DNA of 63,317 nt, the filler included, from Hausera hauseri (Eukaryota): the NCBI GenBank assembly GCA_046269625.1. It is 11 parts of 11 records of this genome, joined end to end, with 100 filler letters (N's around TTAATTAATTAA, not from the genome) between each part and the next. Parts side by side here need not be neighbours in the genome. Positions count along the whole stretch, not along the records: positions 1 to 5,036 come from JBJURY010354820.1; positions 5,137 to 12,201 come from JBJURY010040111.1; 9 more parts are not named here. One strand, 5' to 3'. A program made the translations under genes and the position numbers. The notes beneath the pieces are model-generated. The model was not told where the DNA came from and ran no database searches. It saw only the letters and a list, made by a program, of their open reading frames with translations. This document shows, piece by piece, positions 1 through 12,301 of the stretch (position 1 is the first letter of the stretch; each line of letters starts with the position of its first letter).

Positions 1-290
1 AATTAAAATTTACTTGTCTCTTCCTGCACGTATTATGAAACGGTTTGATAATTAAATATCTCGAAGAAGTATATTAATCACCAGAATCATCCTTTGATTG
101 ACGCATGATATCTAAAAGATGGATATGTTTAATGTCTCCTTTCCGCACCTATTTCTGAGATATTGTTAGCGTTGTTTTTATTTTTGGAAGATAGAAATCT
201 ACTTACATAAAGTCGTCTTGATCTAAATATTTTCAAATATTGTGTACCGGTTATTAATTTGATATTAAGTTTCATTTTGTATATTTGTAG

Positions 291-3200
291 GTATCGAGAC
301 CAGATTCTAGCAAAAAATCGACATTGACTACAATATCCGCATTTGAGCGTCAAATGTTAAAAACATTAAAACATTCCAAAGATGTGATGGCCGTTGTACA
401 GAGTTTGCTCACTGATTTCGTTGTAAATACATTGTTTGTCGATCAACATGATTTACTCGCCATCGTACATGTTGTCGGTAGAACTGATGAAGCTATAAAA
501 AAGTGGAATGCATTAATGGAACTGGAAGAAGGAAAACAGTTGATACAGTTGCTTAGCCATTGTTCTATGGAAATTATCGATATAGATGACATAATGCGAT
601 TCTGTACAATGATGATGGTTGCTGGATACAGGTTTTTGTTAGACTTGCTCTACGCCAATGACATTTTCAATGAGCCCCTCGCCATTGAAATAGTGCGGCT
701 CATAGTAATTTGTCTTTCTGAAAGATTAATTAAAATCGTTTAGGGTAAATTTGTGTTTTCCGTCGACAATATGTTCCAGTCTCACAATATGAAAGAGGTA
801 GGGTTACCTTTGTTAGTTGTATACAATTATCTAAGCCCCGTCGGTCGTTGGCATCGTTACACGTGCTAGCGTTCCATAGATGTACCAACGGTTGTTTTCC
901 GGCAATGACATCCGGTCGACTTCACACGATCAGAGGAAACAACCAATTCATAGCATTGTCTCAGACAGTTCTACAATACATGAATGGTCTTATCACTGAT
1001 GCTTCCGATGAATCCACATTAGACTGGTCAAGCGACAAAGCACTTGTATGTGGTACACCAGTGAAAACACTGTTGAAAGCATCGGCCAGAAATTGGCTTC
1101 TGACAATACTTACTATTGATGGACCATCGTTGGTGGAGTATTGGCTGCAAGGGGTGATGGAACATTGCCGTCTTGTTATTGTCGGCGTACAAGAGGTCGC
1201 TTCTGTCAGTCGACCAACAGAGACAATTTTGTTTGTTGATGAAGAAGATACACCCGGTGGTAAATAATTATCATCTTTGTTGAGTTATGTCTGTAGAGGA
1301 GTACGGATTGAAACACCTATTCACGGACACACCTGATCGTTCACGACAGTCTGTCAACGACAATACATCTCCCATTCAGAACGAGACATTGCAGCGAATC
1401 GTGTCCCAAAAACAGCTACGGGATTTTATCCGTGAAGTTATTGAAACGTTATCGTCACTTATTGCTTCAGGAGACGACCAACTTCGACCTGTGGTGCAGT
1501 AAGTATTATCGTGGAGTTAGTCTTAGTTGTCTGTAGTGGTCAGCTCACCAGTAATTGTATTGACTTGCTCGTCGACATTGCCGTCATCTTCCAGACGGAT
1601 GCCATTGATCAACCCGCTGCATCTGTTGGTGAACTGAGCAGTCTAGTTGCTCAGTTGGTATCATTCATCAATATCCTATTCTCCACCGGTGCTATTGACC
1701 GTCAACGTAGTCTTCTACTATTATCGAGACTGTCCATTCAGTTAACAGACAACGAATCACATGCACCCATGGAACTTGGTCAAGGGCCATTGGAACTATT
1801 AATGGCTTTACACGCTTGTGTTTTATTCACTGGGCAAATGGCATTACCAACTGATGACCAAACTAGTTGGCTGACTAGTGACAAGTTTATTCGCTTAATG
1901 TGGGGTGCTTTGCTTCGATCCATTTCACACCACGCTATTGACAGTAGTATCCATGGGTCCATTGACGTCCGTCAGGAACTACTTCAGCTGTTCTTATTTA
2001 TCTTTCATGGATTGAGTTCCATCAGTGCCAAAATGGAAATCGTCATGGGTGTTTTTGACTGCATTAAAACTTGCGTCAGTTCTGGACCATCCAAACAGCC
2101 ACTGCTAATAGCTCGACTTCTTTCTGTGCTCAATTACTTCATGCATCACTTCTACGAACAATCCGTGTTGTTGCCAGCTCAGTTACAACACAATTTGCTA
2201 ATGCGTCATTTTCCCGATCCGCCGTCACCATCGCTCGACTTAAAACCTTTCATTTATGAGGAAATGCAAATCGTCAACGGACGCACTACCACCGTTTATT
2301 ACGACGTTGTTACTCCTTGGTCTGTAAACAAAACTTGTTGGCCCGGTGGCAATGTGGATTCAATGGTAAATTGGAGAAATGTTAAATTGATTACCAAGTT
2401 GTAGGTGTTGAAACACGTCATTAACCGAACTGACTATGACGAAGTATTCACTTGTATTCTTGATGCAGTCAGAATTGTGATTGAGAACAAAGGCCAAGTT
2501 AAATTAGGTGAACAAGACTCATCGATTGGGCAATTTGCTAATTCGTTTTTTGGTTATCTCCTGTGCTGGAGACTTTTGGAGGCAATTCCTCCCTCCGCAC
2601 GATATCTTGCTAATGAAACCGATTTGGCGTTCACCGACCCTATTCATTTTATCTATAGTTTCAAATTGCGAAACCTAATGCGTTGTAAAACATCAACGGC
2701 ACAGCTCGTCAAAGTAGTTAGGTGATATTGCAATTTTCTCATATTGTGATGTAGATCATCCTCGATGCGGCAGACAAACCAGCTCCGTCTATCGAACAAT
2801 ACAAGGAAAACATGAACTACGGTTGGGGTAGTACGTTGATCAACGCTGTTACCCTCTGTCGTCGAATGATTGACGGTATCTTGACGGATTCTTTATCAGT
2901 AGGCATTGCACAGCAAGTTCTTCAGATAGATCTCATGATCGTATTCACCAATTACGTATTGCTCTGCGTTAGGGAAAATGGTGATATCACCAAGGATTCG
3001 GACAAATGTACTTTGTCGACAAAATGCTTTTTGGTTAGTACTTGTCGTTTATCGATTTGACTTTTGGTTTCAGAAATCCGATACTCCAGAAGACGTGGCA
3101 CAAACCCGCCGACAATTGTTGAAAGAGTTGTTACAACTACTTGATGGACTGCTGTGCGTTCTGGAGACTTTTGTAAGCAAGGGATCACGAGTCAAGCTGA

Positions 3201-4642
3201 CTACTACTGGTTTGGCAGCGTTTGCCGATATGGGACTGGATAGCAAATTGGATTTCTTTGACACTGTGGCACTGAAGGAACTTAGCAGTCAGTTAGAACG
3301 ACTGCAGGAATTACCTCATTCATTTGGATCTCGTCAGTCTGTTGTACCACTCTCCACTGTTCGCCAAATGGGCGCAGATATATTTGATGTCCGCTGTACA
3401 GGAGAAGTAAGAATCGATTCACGTTTCGTCATTAGTCTGTCATGTAGTTCGACAGTGTCGTCGACATGTTGAGGACTGAATTACACCGGCGGTTTGTTTA
3501 TATCGTAGACCGCACATCCACAATTGGTGGACCAGATATTAACGAGGGACAGCGACTCGTGTTATATGCTCTTCTGGTCGCCATTCGCGACGTTAAGGAA
3601 TCATTCTCTCTTCTTGAACATTTATTCACTGACAGTTCATCTCTGGACATCGATATCATGCATATGCTTGTTGGGTTAGCTGCCTTCGGTCGTACGGCAA
3701 TTGCTGCCCCCGCTACTGCTGGTCCAGCTCGACTGTTGCGACTGGTGCCTGGTCATGTATTCGTTGGTGCTCTGGGTAGACAATTGATAGACATTTTCTG
3801 TGACGGTGTACAATCGGATGGTGCTCTTATCGAAACTAGCGATAACTTACTGCGAATCGGAGCTCTTTGTATTGACAATATCGCCCGCCTTCTCGATCGC
3901 GTCACGGACGCACTTTGTCTTAGTCAGTTAATTACCGTTCTACTCGAACAACGGATGGGTCGATCTGCCATTCGTTGTATATTGTTGGCAGTGCTTCATG
4001 GGGGATCTTTATCAAGTATTCCCGTACGGAAGGCACTACTACGTTTGCTCTGTCTCGTTTTACTGAAATGTGAGCATTGTCTATTATTAATACTGGTCAT
4101 CGGATCAATAGGCCGAGAAAACACGGATCCCGCTAATTCAGATTGTCTCACTAGACTTAACAAAGAATTACAACATGTGCCCGATGACACCATGGCCGCC
4201 GTACGCACCTGGTTGCTGGCCATTTTGGAAAATAAAGGAACTAACGATGCTGATTATCTGGGTCTGGTCATTCTATTCGTCCAAGTTCTTGCCTCCAATT
4301 GTCAGGAAGACAATGATCGCAATGTAAGGCGCAGTGACATCAGTGACTCTCAATGTCCGTATTCAGTTGTGTGTTGTTGCCATTCGATGTATTCTTCGAT
4401 TGGACGATGATGTTCGACACTGGTTGGCTGTTTGTAACGGTCAACAGAAACAGGCTGCTGATGTTGGCACTGCCTGTACGAACTTACATGTCATTATCGA
4501 GTTGGCTTGCATTCTCAGTAACGGCTGTTGTCCGTTGCCTGTCTACGTCAGTCTTATACAAACTCTACTTGATTGGAACAAAGAGATCAATCGATATGTC
4601 TGCGGCCGTTCCGTAGACGGAATTGTCAATGGAGCAAAAACG
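291..4642 (+). CDS. UBR4: UBR4/p600-like giant E3 ligase, partial (region N-terminal to the UBR box), spliced through micro-introns
   Basis: Removing GT-AG introns at 705-743, 798-835, 1260-1296, 1499-1536, 2366-2404, 2714-2754, 3034-3073, 3407-3447, 4070-4111 and 4324-4366 joins the consecutive + ORFs into one stop-free frame. Peptides PLLIARLLSVLNYFMHHFYEQSVLLPAQLQHNLL and CWRLLEAIPPSARYL resemble, from memory, UBR4 segments PLILARLLLIFDYLLHQY..QVQHNLL and LWRILGILPPSKTYI. Confidence 0.7.
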
Positions 4643-5036
4643 GTACGGTTATTTGTGGTAATCTATTGTTTATTGAATGATGGTTGTATTGTGTTGGTAA
4701 ATAAATTATTGAATTTCAGGGAGGAACGTTATTTCCATTCATATTTAACATTTTTAGCCTTTATCACTCCAGACAAAGTCATCGTGGCAAAATTCATAAA
4801 CACTCAACTTGTAACATAATGACAATTAATAAATTGCTAAATTGTGTACTGAAAACATGGCTATTTGTCCGTCAAATAACAAATTTTATAATCAACTTAC
4901 AAAGAACAGCACCTTACTGTTAGTTTTACAAGTTCTACAGGTTCTCTACGAGTACAAAAATGTATTCTGATTAATAATATGAAAGAAATGTTTGTAAACA
5001 AAGCTACTGGTTTCGAAGTATTACGTCATTTCGTAC

Positions 5037-5136
5037 NNNNNNNNNNNNNNNNNNNNNNNNNNNNNNNNNNNNNNNNNNNNTTAATTAATTAANNNNNNNN
5101 NNNNNNNNNNNNNNNNNNNNNNNNNNNNNNNNNNNN
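5037..5136. other. Artificial contig-joining spacer (N44-TTAATTAATTAA-N44); same spacer at 12202-12301, 21399-21498, 25972-26071, 30938-31037, 35506-35605, 39944-40043, 46564-46663, 51534-51633, 58446-58545
   Basis: An identical 12-mer giving stops in all six frames sits centred in identical N runs ten times; sequence content changes abruptly across each. Confidence 0.98.
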
Positions 5137-7040
5137 CCACTGTTTGTTCAATATCCCCTAGTACTTTATTCATTAGTTCTTGGAAGGTGCCCGGAGCTGC
5201 TTCTATGCCGAATAGCATCCTGTTGAAACAGAACTGCCCTAATTTGGTTAAAAACGCCTTCTTCACTTTGGAGTCTTCCTCTAACTCAACTTGATAGTAT
5301 CCATTCCTTAGGTCGATTGACGTGAAGAACTTGGTCCCATATAACCTGTCCAATATCTCTACTACGCTATGCATGGGGAAGGTTTGCCGTTCCGTTGTAA
5401 GGTTCAGCTGTCTGAAGTCCAGGAATATTCTGACATCATTCTTGTCTTTCTTCTATACACATATCACTGGTGTATTCCATGCTGAGTTACATGGATTTAC
5501 AATATCGTTTTCCCATAGGTTTCGGATAGTATCATCGATCTTTTTTTCTAGGTTTACTGGTAGTCTGTGAGGTTTGATATTGATCGGCACTCCTATCATA
5601 TCTATTCGGTGTTTGATGAAAGATGTGCACCCTATTTCCCACTTATCGGCCATGAATGCCTATGGATATTTCTGTATAATGTTGAGTAGTTCTTTGTTGT
5701 CACTCACCTGAAGAGTTTCTTTCGCCCTGTTGACTCGTTCTTCTTTACTAACCTTACGGCCGAACTTGGCTTCCAGGTTGCATATATCTTGCTGTAATAT
5801 TTCCGTTTCCATGCGTTTCCATTCAAGTTTTATTTAGAATGCCTTTTGCAGGTCCACACCACCTATTATTTTTAGGTGTAATTCCGACACTACTAGTAAT
5901 GTTACACGTCTCCTTAGACCCTTGATTTCTACGTCTGTTGTATGTGTGCCCAGGCAATCTAAGGGGCTATTGTTCGCACATCGTAGTGTAGTATCTGATT
6001 TCTCTATGTGCACGTTTGTATGTTTATCCACTATCTTCTTGCTTTCGACGTTTACCCTGCCCCCCCCCCATGTCTAATAAGCAATCTTCCTGTATGATAT
6101 CTCTTCGAAGTACAGTTCTTCTAGCGTGAAGATTTGCGTATTGTTCTCACTTTCCTCCATTTCGTTGAAGGATACTTTTTGGAAATTTTCCGTTTTAATA
6201 ATTTCCGTACCTTTTTTCTGTGTCCTTTCACCCATCAACATATCTCAGTGTCCCCTTATTCTTGATCCGTCTATACTGTTTGATATACTACTATTATAAA
6301 TAACGATATTTTGGGAGACTGGATCTATTGTAGTGCCCCGATTTGCTCCACATCTATCAAGGCTCTGCCTTTTGGGGCAACTGACTCCTAATCAGATTCT
6401 GTTTCTTCTTCCTCTACGTTTGCGACTTTCTCTGCGTTCTGTTCAGATTATCCCCGTACCTTCTTTCGACTCTGCACATATCCCATCCTGGTTTCTTGTT
6501 TCCTCCAACCTGGTGAAGCGCTCCCTTTCGGTATGTCCCCTATTGTGACATCTCGCACAGCTAAGGTTTGTACAATTTCGTCTGATGGGCCCTAGCTGAC
6601 CACATTTGTAACATCTTACTGGTTTTCTTTCCGGACACTGCCTGCTTATGTGTCCTTCGTTTCGGCATTCAAAGCATTTAGTTAATCTCCATGTGGTGCA
6701 AGTTCGGCTCATATATCCTTCCTTCTGGCAATTCCAAAACTTTAATTCACTATTTGGTGGTATAATTGGCGTTGTGTTGATTCTAGAAACGGGTTTCCTG
6801 ATATTTTGTGCTGCCACTTCCTGGTAGTTTCTTCTACCGATTCCCCAATATTCCTTGACCGTGTTGACTTCTTCTGTCTTAATCTTCACCTCGTGTATCT
6901 TCCGCATTTTCTCCTTTATTGTTTTCGCATCTTGTTTGTCACTGAGGCGAATTTCTCTTTTCATCTCTCTATTGTTACAACCTTCGAACAATAATTCTTC
7001 TTTACAGCCTCGCGTGAAAGATCATGCTTTACGACTTTAT
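5137..7040 (-). mobile_element. Decayed Ty3/gypsy LTR retrotransposon: gag with CCHC knuckles, aspartic protease, N-terminal RT
   Basis: Knuckles CFECRNEGHISRQC and CYKCGQLGPIRRNC (ORF 6443-6991). Protease region CLLDMG near 6070-6085 and ..IIGGVDLQ. RT motifs PCNSAWNTPVICV and FTSIDLRNGYYQV..KAF..MLFG..APGTFQELM. Stops and frameshifts between pieces. Confidence 0.9.
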
Positions 7041-8213
7041 CCAGCAGTTTCTCGATTGCCTCGAAGTAAGCCTTTGGTTCTGCTCCATTCATTCTGTACT
7101 CGAGCGCTTCTTTCAGATCTTTTCACAGCGTTGAGGATCGGGTGGAAGCCTTCTGTAGTCTGTTTTGATATCAAGTTATCTTCGCATTTACTGTCTTGTA
7201 TTTTTTTTGTCCTTCCTCCTCCAAGAGGCATTCAACCATGATTTCCCGTTTCGTCGCCGGGATGTTCATGTATTAAAAGATTTTTTCACATCTTTTAATG
7301 AACTTCTCCACGTCGTCGCCTTTCCCGAATTTTTTGGGCAACAATTGGTTTGCGATAATATTTATTGTTGCGTAAGTCGCCATGTTAACCGCAGACGTAT
7401 GCACGCCGTCCACATCATCGCCAAGCTTGGGTATGATTCAAAAATCTCCGCCCGCTAAAGCGGAATTTGATCGTTTGTAAATATTCATTGAAAAGTTAAC
7501 ATTAGTTGTAGAAAATTTTATTGTCTCTCAAATTACTTATCTGGAAACAAAGTTTGCGAAATTCCAAAATTAAATTATACTTTTAATATTACACTTTTAA
7601 ATTAAGTTTTTAAAATTTAAAAATTCTCCTAATTTAAATTTAGAATTTCAGTTCTCGATTATATCCTCACACAATAGAAGACACAATTAGAAAATTTGAC
7701 AGTGATTTGGCGTTGAGTAACGATATCCGAGATACATCGTCGATTTTTCTCAAAGGAAATATGGCGAAAATTATCAGTTCACATGGCGGAGAGACGGCAG
7801 CAGTTTTGCCACCGGAAGGAACTAAGGGCCATCTAACATTGAAGTTTAAAGGATACAAGGATCTGCACGGCATTAAATCACCAATATGGAAACTGGGAAA
7901 GTTTGCGCTAATTTGACTTGCTTTATTTTTGATTTTAGCGTATGATGATTATTAAAATTTACTGGTTTTGTTTGTTTGTTTTTCATATTGTTTCTCGTCA
8001 CATTAAGTTAAATATAAAGGTACTTTAAATGATAATAATAATAAATCAAAAGCAAAACAATGAAAAATGTACATTTTTTATAAAACGTAGATTGCAACAA
8101 AATGTCATAGTCATTTGATCTCTCTGCACTGATTTCATCTCTGTGTTTTTTATTTCAAACTCCAATGTCCGTGCGGCCAACTCTTATTCCACCCCACCCA
8201 CTTTCGCTTATCA

Positions 8214-11159
8214 TCACTGCATGATAAAGCGATTTTTCATTCGTTGCCGTATACAGCTGGCGCTCAATTGATCGGATGATCGTCTAATAAATATAGTCTT
8301 TGATTGTTCTCCGTCTCCTTCTTCATAGACACGGCGATAATCACCGTGGTTTATTTCCTTCTGGGCCAACTTAACTACTTTGGTACGCATTTTCCGTCCA
8401 CCTTCGTCAGTTAAAATGCTATAACATTTTGGACGTAGAAATATCCATTCTCGATACTGAATTCGACCTTCACTTTCATCCTTGAAGCAGTCGATTTTAT
8501 TTTTGATGGCGCCAATATACAGTGGATAATTTTGTGGGTAATTGGACGTGTCAAGTAATCCATCTGCCATCATTTGCCGCAGTAGTTGTCCGCGAATGAT
8601 GTTTTTCAGTTCGAAGAAAAAACTGTCTGTGTCACGGTCAATTATATTGATCTTGCCGCCGAATATTTGTCAGTAACGTGCCAAATCGCGATACTGCAGC
8701 TCAAATATCCGCAACTTGCTCAGATCCAATACCACTTGTCCGATATAACTTGGCCGGTCCAGAACGACTTCATCTATGTTTAACAGCACTTCAACCAATC
8801 CATCGGCAATGTGCATTAACCGTCGAAACTGCGTCTTACTCGTGTACGTAACTAGCCGTTTTCGCAATTTAATAGGCGCGCATTGAGCAACTTTTTCCGA
8901 TTCTCTACTGTATTTCTGTACAGACAATTGTTTTTCAGCTTGTAGTAGTCCTTTTCGAATTTTGTACAGGCTGCAGCTCGTTTCTCCGAATTACCATCGA
9001 TGTACGCCTTTAACATGGGAGCCTGACCGAATCGTATTGCACGATGCAGCTGTGTGACGTGTACACCGTGCTGCATGTAGAACTGTAGCACATGCCAATG
9101 GACCACGTAATTCAGCTTTAGAGACACGTCCAGTTTCACATACTGAAGCATGTAATCAAACATGTTTCTACAGCCGAGTTCTGTTCAACACCTCTGTGCT
9201 TTCCGATATTCATCCTCTTTGATACCTGTCCATCGCGGCGGTAATTCCTCTTCTGTCCGAAGTCGCTCATACGATGTTGCAAAGTCATATGGGAATATGC
9301 TTTGCTTCGTGCAATATGTGTAGGGAACTGCGTTGGGCTTATCGGCACATCCGACAAGGCATTTACCAGCTTCGCCAATGATTCGTTGAGAAATTGCAAT
9401 GAATCAAGGAAGCGTACCTGGAACCGGTTTATGCGTGCTGACAGCAACAGGTACTTCTCCACTGTTGTTGTGATTATGGACAGTTCTTAGTGCGTAAATC
9501 CGTTTATGGTCCATTTCAGTATATGGTGACAATCATAACCTCGGAAATTATAAAAGATCACCGGTAGGAATGGCCGCATACGCCTTGTTAAATTGCATGC
9601 GTGGCATGCTGCTCCAAAATCTCGACCAATGAAATGATCGTGGTCGGGTAGGAGCCGTCCCTGTGCATCAAAAAGGACTAATTTGTTGCAGAGGTAACGT
9701 TCATCGGTCGAAGCAAACAACAGCGGTTCATACTCATCTTTCCAAATCAATGGTTTATTGGAATTATTGTGATACCACGGCTCGATTTTCGTTTCCAATA
9801 TCGTTTGCAAACGCTGCAGGAAATCACGTACACAGTTCCAGCCGTGAAAGTCGTAATACTGCGGCTGAACGACCACTTTTGTTGGGACAGCCAACAAACC
9901 AACGGCTATTAGAAGGCGTTTGGAACGTGCCGTCGTAGAATTGCCTTAATATCGGCATATACCACATATGCCGGACTGTCTGTTTTCGACCAGTCACTGA
10001 ATCGGAGCTCCTTTTTAAGGGACATGACGTATGTGGCTGTTCCCGTTGAATTACGCTTGCACAACATCACATGTTTCTCCCATGTTGTTTTTGACCTGAA
10101 ACCATGCGGATATAGAGGACACCATTTACATAGCATACGCTTTTGGACAAATGGATGGCGATCCATGTTCAACAGTCGGTCCAAATTGGTCACTGCCATG
10201 TAATGGAACTTTCCTTTTTGCTCAAGCAGTAACAAATATATTGGGCGTCCACTTGCGTTCCGACTTCGATAAATTATGTCCTCATGGGGGTTCTTATATA
10301 TCTCTTCGTTTGCCTGTATTTCTATTATTGTATTGTACCGCAACACATTTATTGCCAATGTTGGATTACACCGTTTAAAAGCCGGAATGGTTTTTAGTTT
10401 CATCGGCATCCAGCAATCGTCGAAATCCAATTTGGAAAAATACTGCCGATACTAATTTGGACGATTTGTATTATGTCTGTCCACTTGGTCATATTTTATT
10501 ACCGCTAGAATACTGTAAAGAAAACAGTATTTGCCGTCAATATTTTTTATATTCACTACTGCATGTGAATTCTGCAGAGCTGTAGGTGACGGTATGAATA
10601 ATTTCCCGAACAAGTAAGTTATGTCATTCGACTTTGTTACGATAAAGCCCAGAGTAACAATTTTTATAATTCGCCACGCACTACCTTTTTCGGTTTAGTT
10701 GGCGATTTTCTCATCGAGCTTCTCACCTACCGCTGCGATAAAATCCTCCGAATATGGTACAGCTCGATGTGACAGGTACCATTGTTTCCTGTCGCCCTGT
10801 ACATTTTCAAATTCTGCAAGTGTGTAATATTTCATTTTGCAGTTGTGCTGTTTGAATTTCTCCACTTCTGTTTCCAACCGGCTGCGCACACTGGACGGAA
10901 CATGTCTCAGCTGTATTGTTGTTGTCCCCGACATGTTTACTTTCACGTCCACGTACGATTTCTTTAGATCGTACTTGATAGTAATGAAAGTTTCCTGCTG
11001 TTGCATCTGCTCCTGCCGCTGCTGCTGCTGTTGTTCGGTACCGTTTCGGATGTATTCGTCAAGACTTGTGGTTGCTTGACGTTTCCTGCTTGTTGAGGGG
11101 ATATAGATGTTTATTGTAGCCATCACTATTTCCTTTTTGGACCACTGAAACTGGTTCAA
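8214..11159 (-). mobile_element. Decayed protein-primed family-B DNA polymerase (pPolB) of a Maverick/Polinton or related endogenous virus
   Basis: Ordered minus-strand motifs: VVNIKNIDGKYCFLYSILA, C2H2-like CPLYPHGF..HVMLC, VVYADIKAIL (ExoI), DHDHFIG..GAACHACNL, PVIFYNFRGYDCHHI (ExoII), FLDSLQFL..SLAKLV, KLKNNCLY, DTDSFF (~8618-8635), DTSNY, FKDE, LRPKCYS. Many frameshifts. Confidence 0.88.
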
Positions 11160-11165
11160 GTGGTA

Positions 11166-11432
11166 CTAGTGCTGATAATAAAATTGTTCATAGTTGATTT
11201 CATCAACTATAGAACAACCGGGACAAACGTAAGCCCTTTTAGCGTGCCCAATTGTGGTGCTATAGTACTGCTCCATTACACTGGTAATCATCGTCATGCA
11301 CCTTAGTAGTACAATGGGACAATGATCAACCACCATCTTCTTAGACCGAGTAAACGGTCCGAGATGATGCTTGTACATCGCATAAAAGTCGGAGTACGGA
11401 CATCGGGTTGGAATATCACACGTTGGACACAT
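11166..11432 (-). CDS. Small Cys/His-rich ORF immediately upstream of pPolB, probably element-encoded
   Basis: Same strand as pPolB and abutting its frame; CxxC pairs (CPTC, CPGC). Confidence 0.3.
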   Translation of the reverse strand: MCPTCDIPTRCPYSDFYAMYKHHLGPFTRSKKMVVDHCPIVLLRCMTMITSVMEQYYSTTIGHAKRAYVCPGCSIVDEINYEQFYYQH

Positions 11433-12301
11433 GTGTCCGTGCTAATTTTGTAATACTTCGCCATCTGTTGATGGCACTGATCCCCTCATGTATGCACGAG
11501 ACGCAATACATGTCATATTGCTTACATTTCTAAATTGAAACAAATTAACATTTAAAATAGATTAAAATTATAAAATAAATTAAAATACATAAACTCGTAA
11601 AATTAAACATAATCGCAATGGTCTGTGAAATTGTCCTACTCTGTTATAAAGATTTGTTCCCCATCCTAATACTACTACTAATCAAATGGAACAGTACATT
11701 GAAAGTGAGATTCAGAAATTGACCGATGACATAATGACAGGACATGAGTTTGATGTACAGTTTTTAAGCTCGCAGAAACCAGAATAATAAGCCGGCGAGA
11801 ACTACAGCGGATTAATTGCCTACTTATTGGACTTGTATTTTCTGCTTCGCGTTGTATTGTAATGAAAAAGTTGATTGACCGCTTTTAATCACAAATAGAT
11901 ATTATTACTTTGCTTCATTTTTTGTTTTCGTCAATAAATATAATTGATTTCTCGTGTCTTTGTTGTTGTTACATTTTAGTATAAATACTTGTGCTTCGTT
12001 ATGGCGTGACATTACGACATGTCTCATTTAACAGAACTCATTCGTTTGTATCACTCCTTCGACGGTCTGCGGAGTCATCTTTACAATCTTGATAGACCTT
12101 TACATGATGTCCGATACCGTTCACCCGAAGAAATACATATGCGTGCTAAGTAGAATTGGAGGGTACGAGAACCTTATCTACGACAGGAAGCAGGTTGTTG
12201 GNNNNNNNNNNNNNNNNNNNNNNNNNNNNNNNNNNNNNNNNNNNNTTAATTAATTAANNNNNNNNNNNNNNNNNNNNNNNNNNNNNNNNNNNNNNNNNNN
12301 N

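Noticed and set aside
4680-5036. UBR box of UBR4, or a second gene with 22-30 nt introns
   Set aside because: Candidate GT-AG pairs exist (4697-4719, 4728-4757, 4919-4940) but no convincing Cys/His pattern or unique splice solution.
5081-5092. Recurring TTAATTAATTAA as a biological repeat or CRISPR-like element
   Set aside because: Always centred in identical N runs; it is a synthetic six-frame-stop linker.
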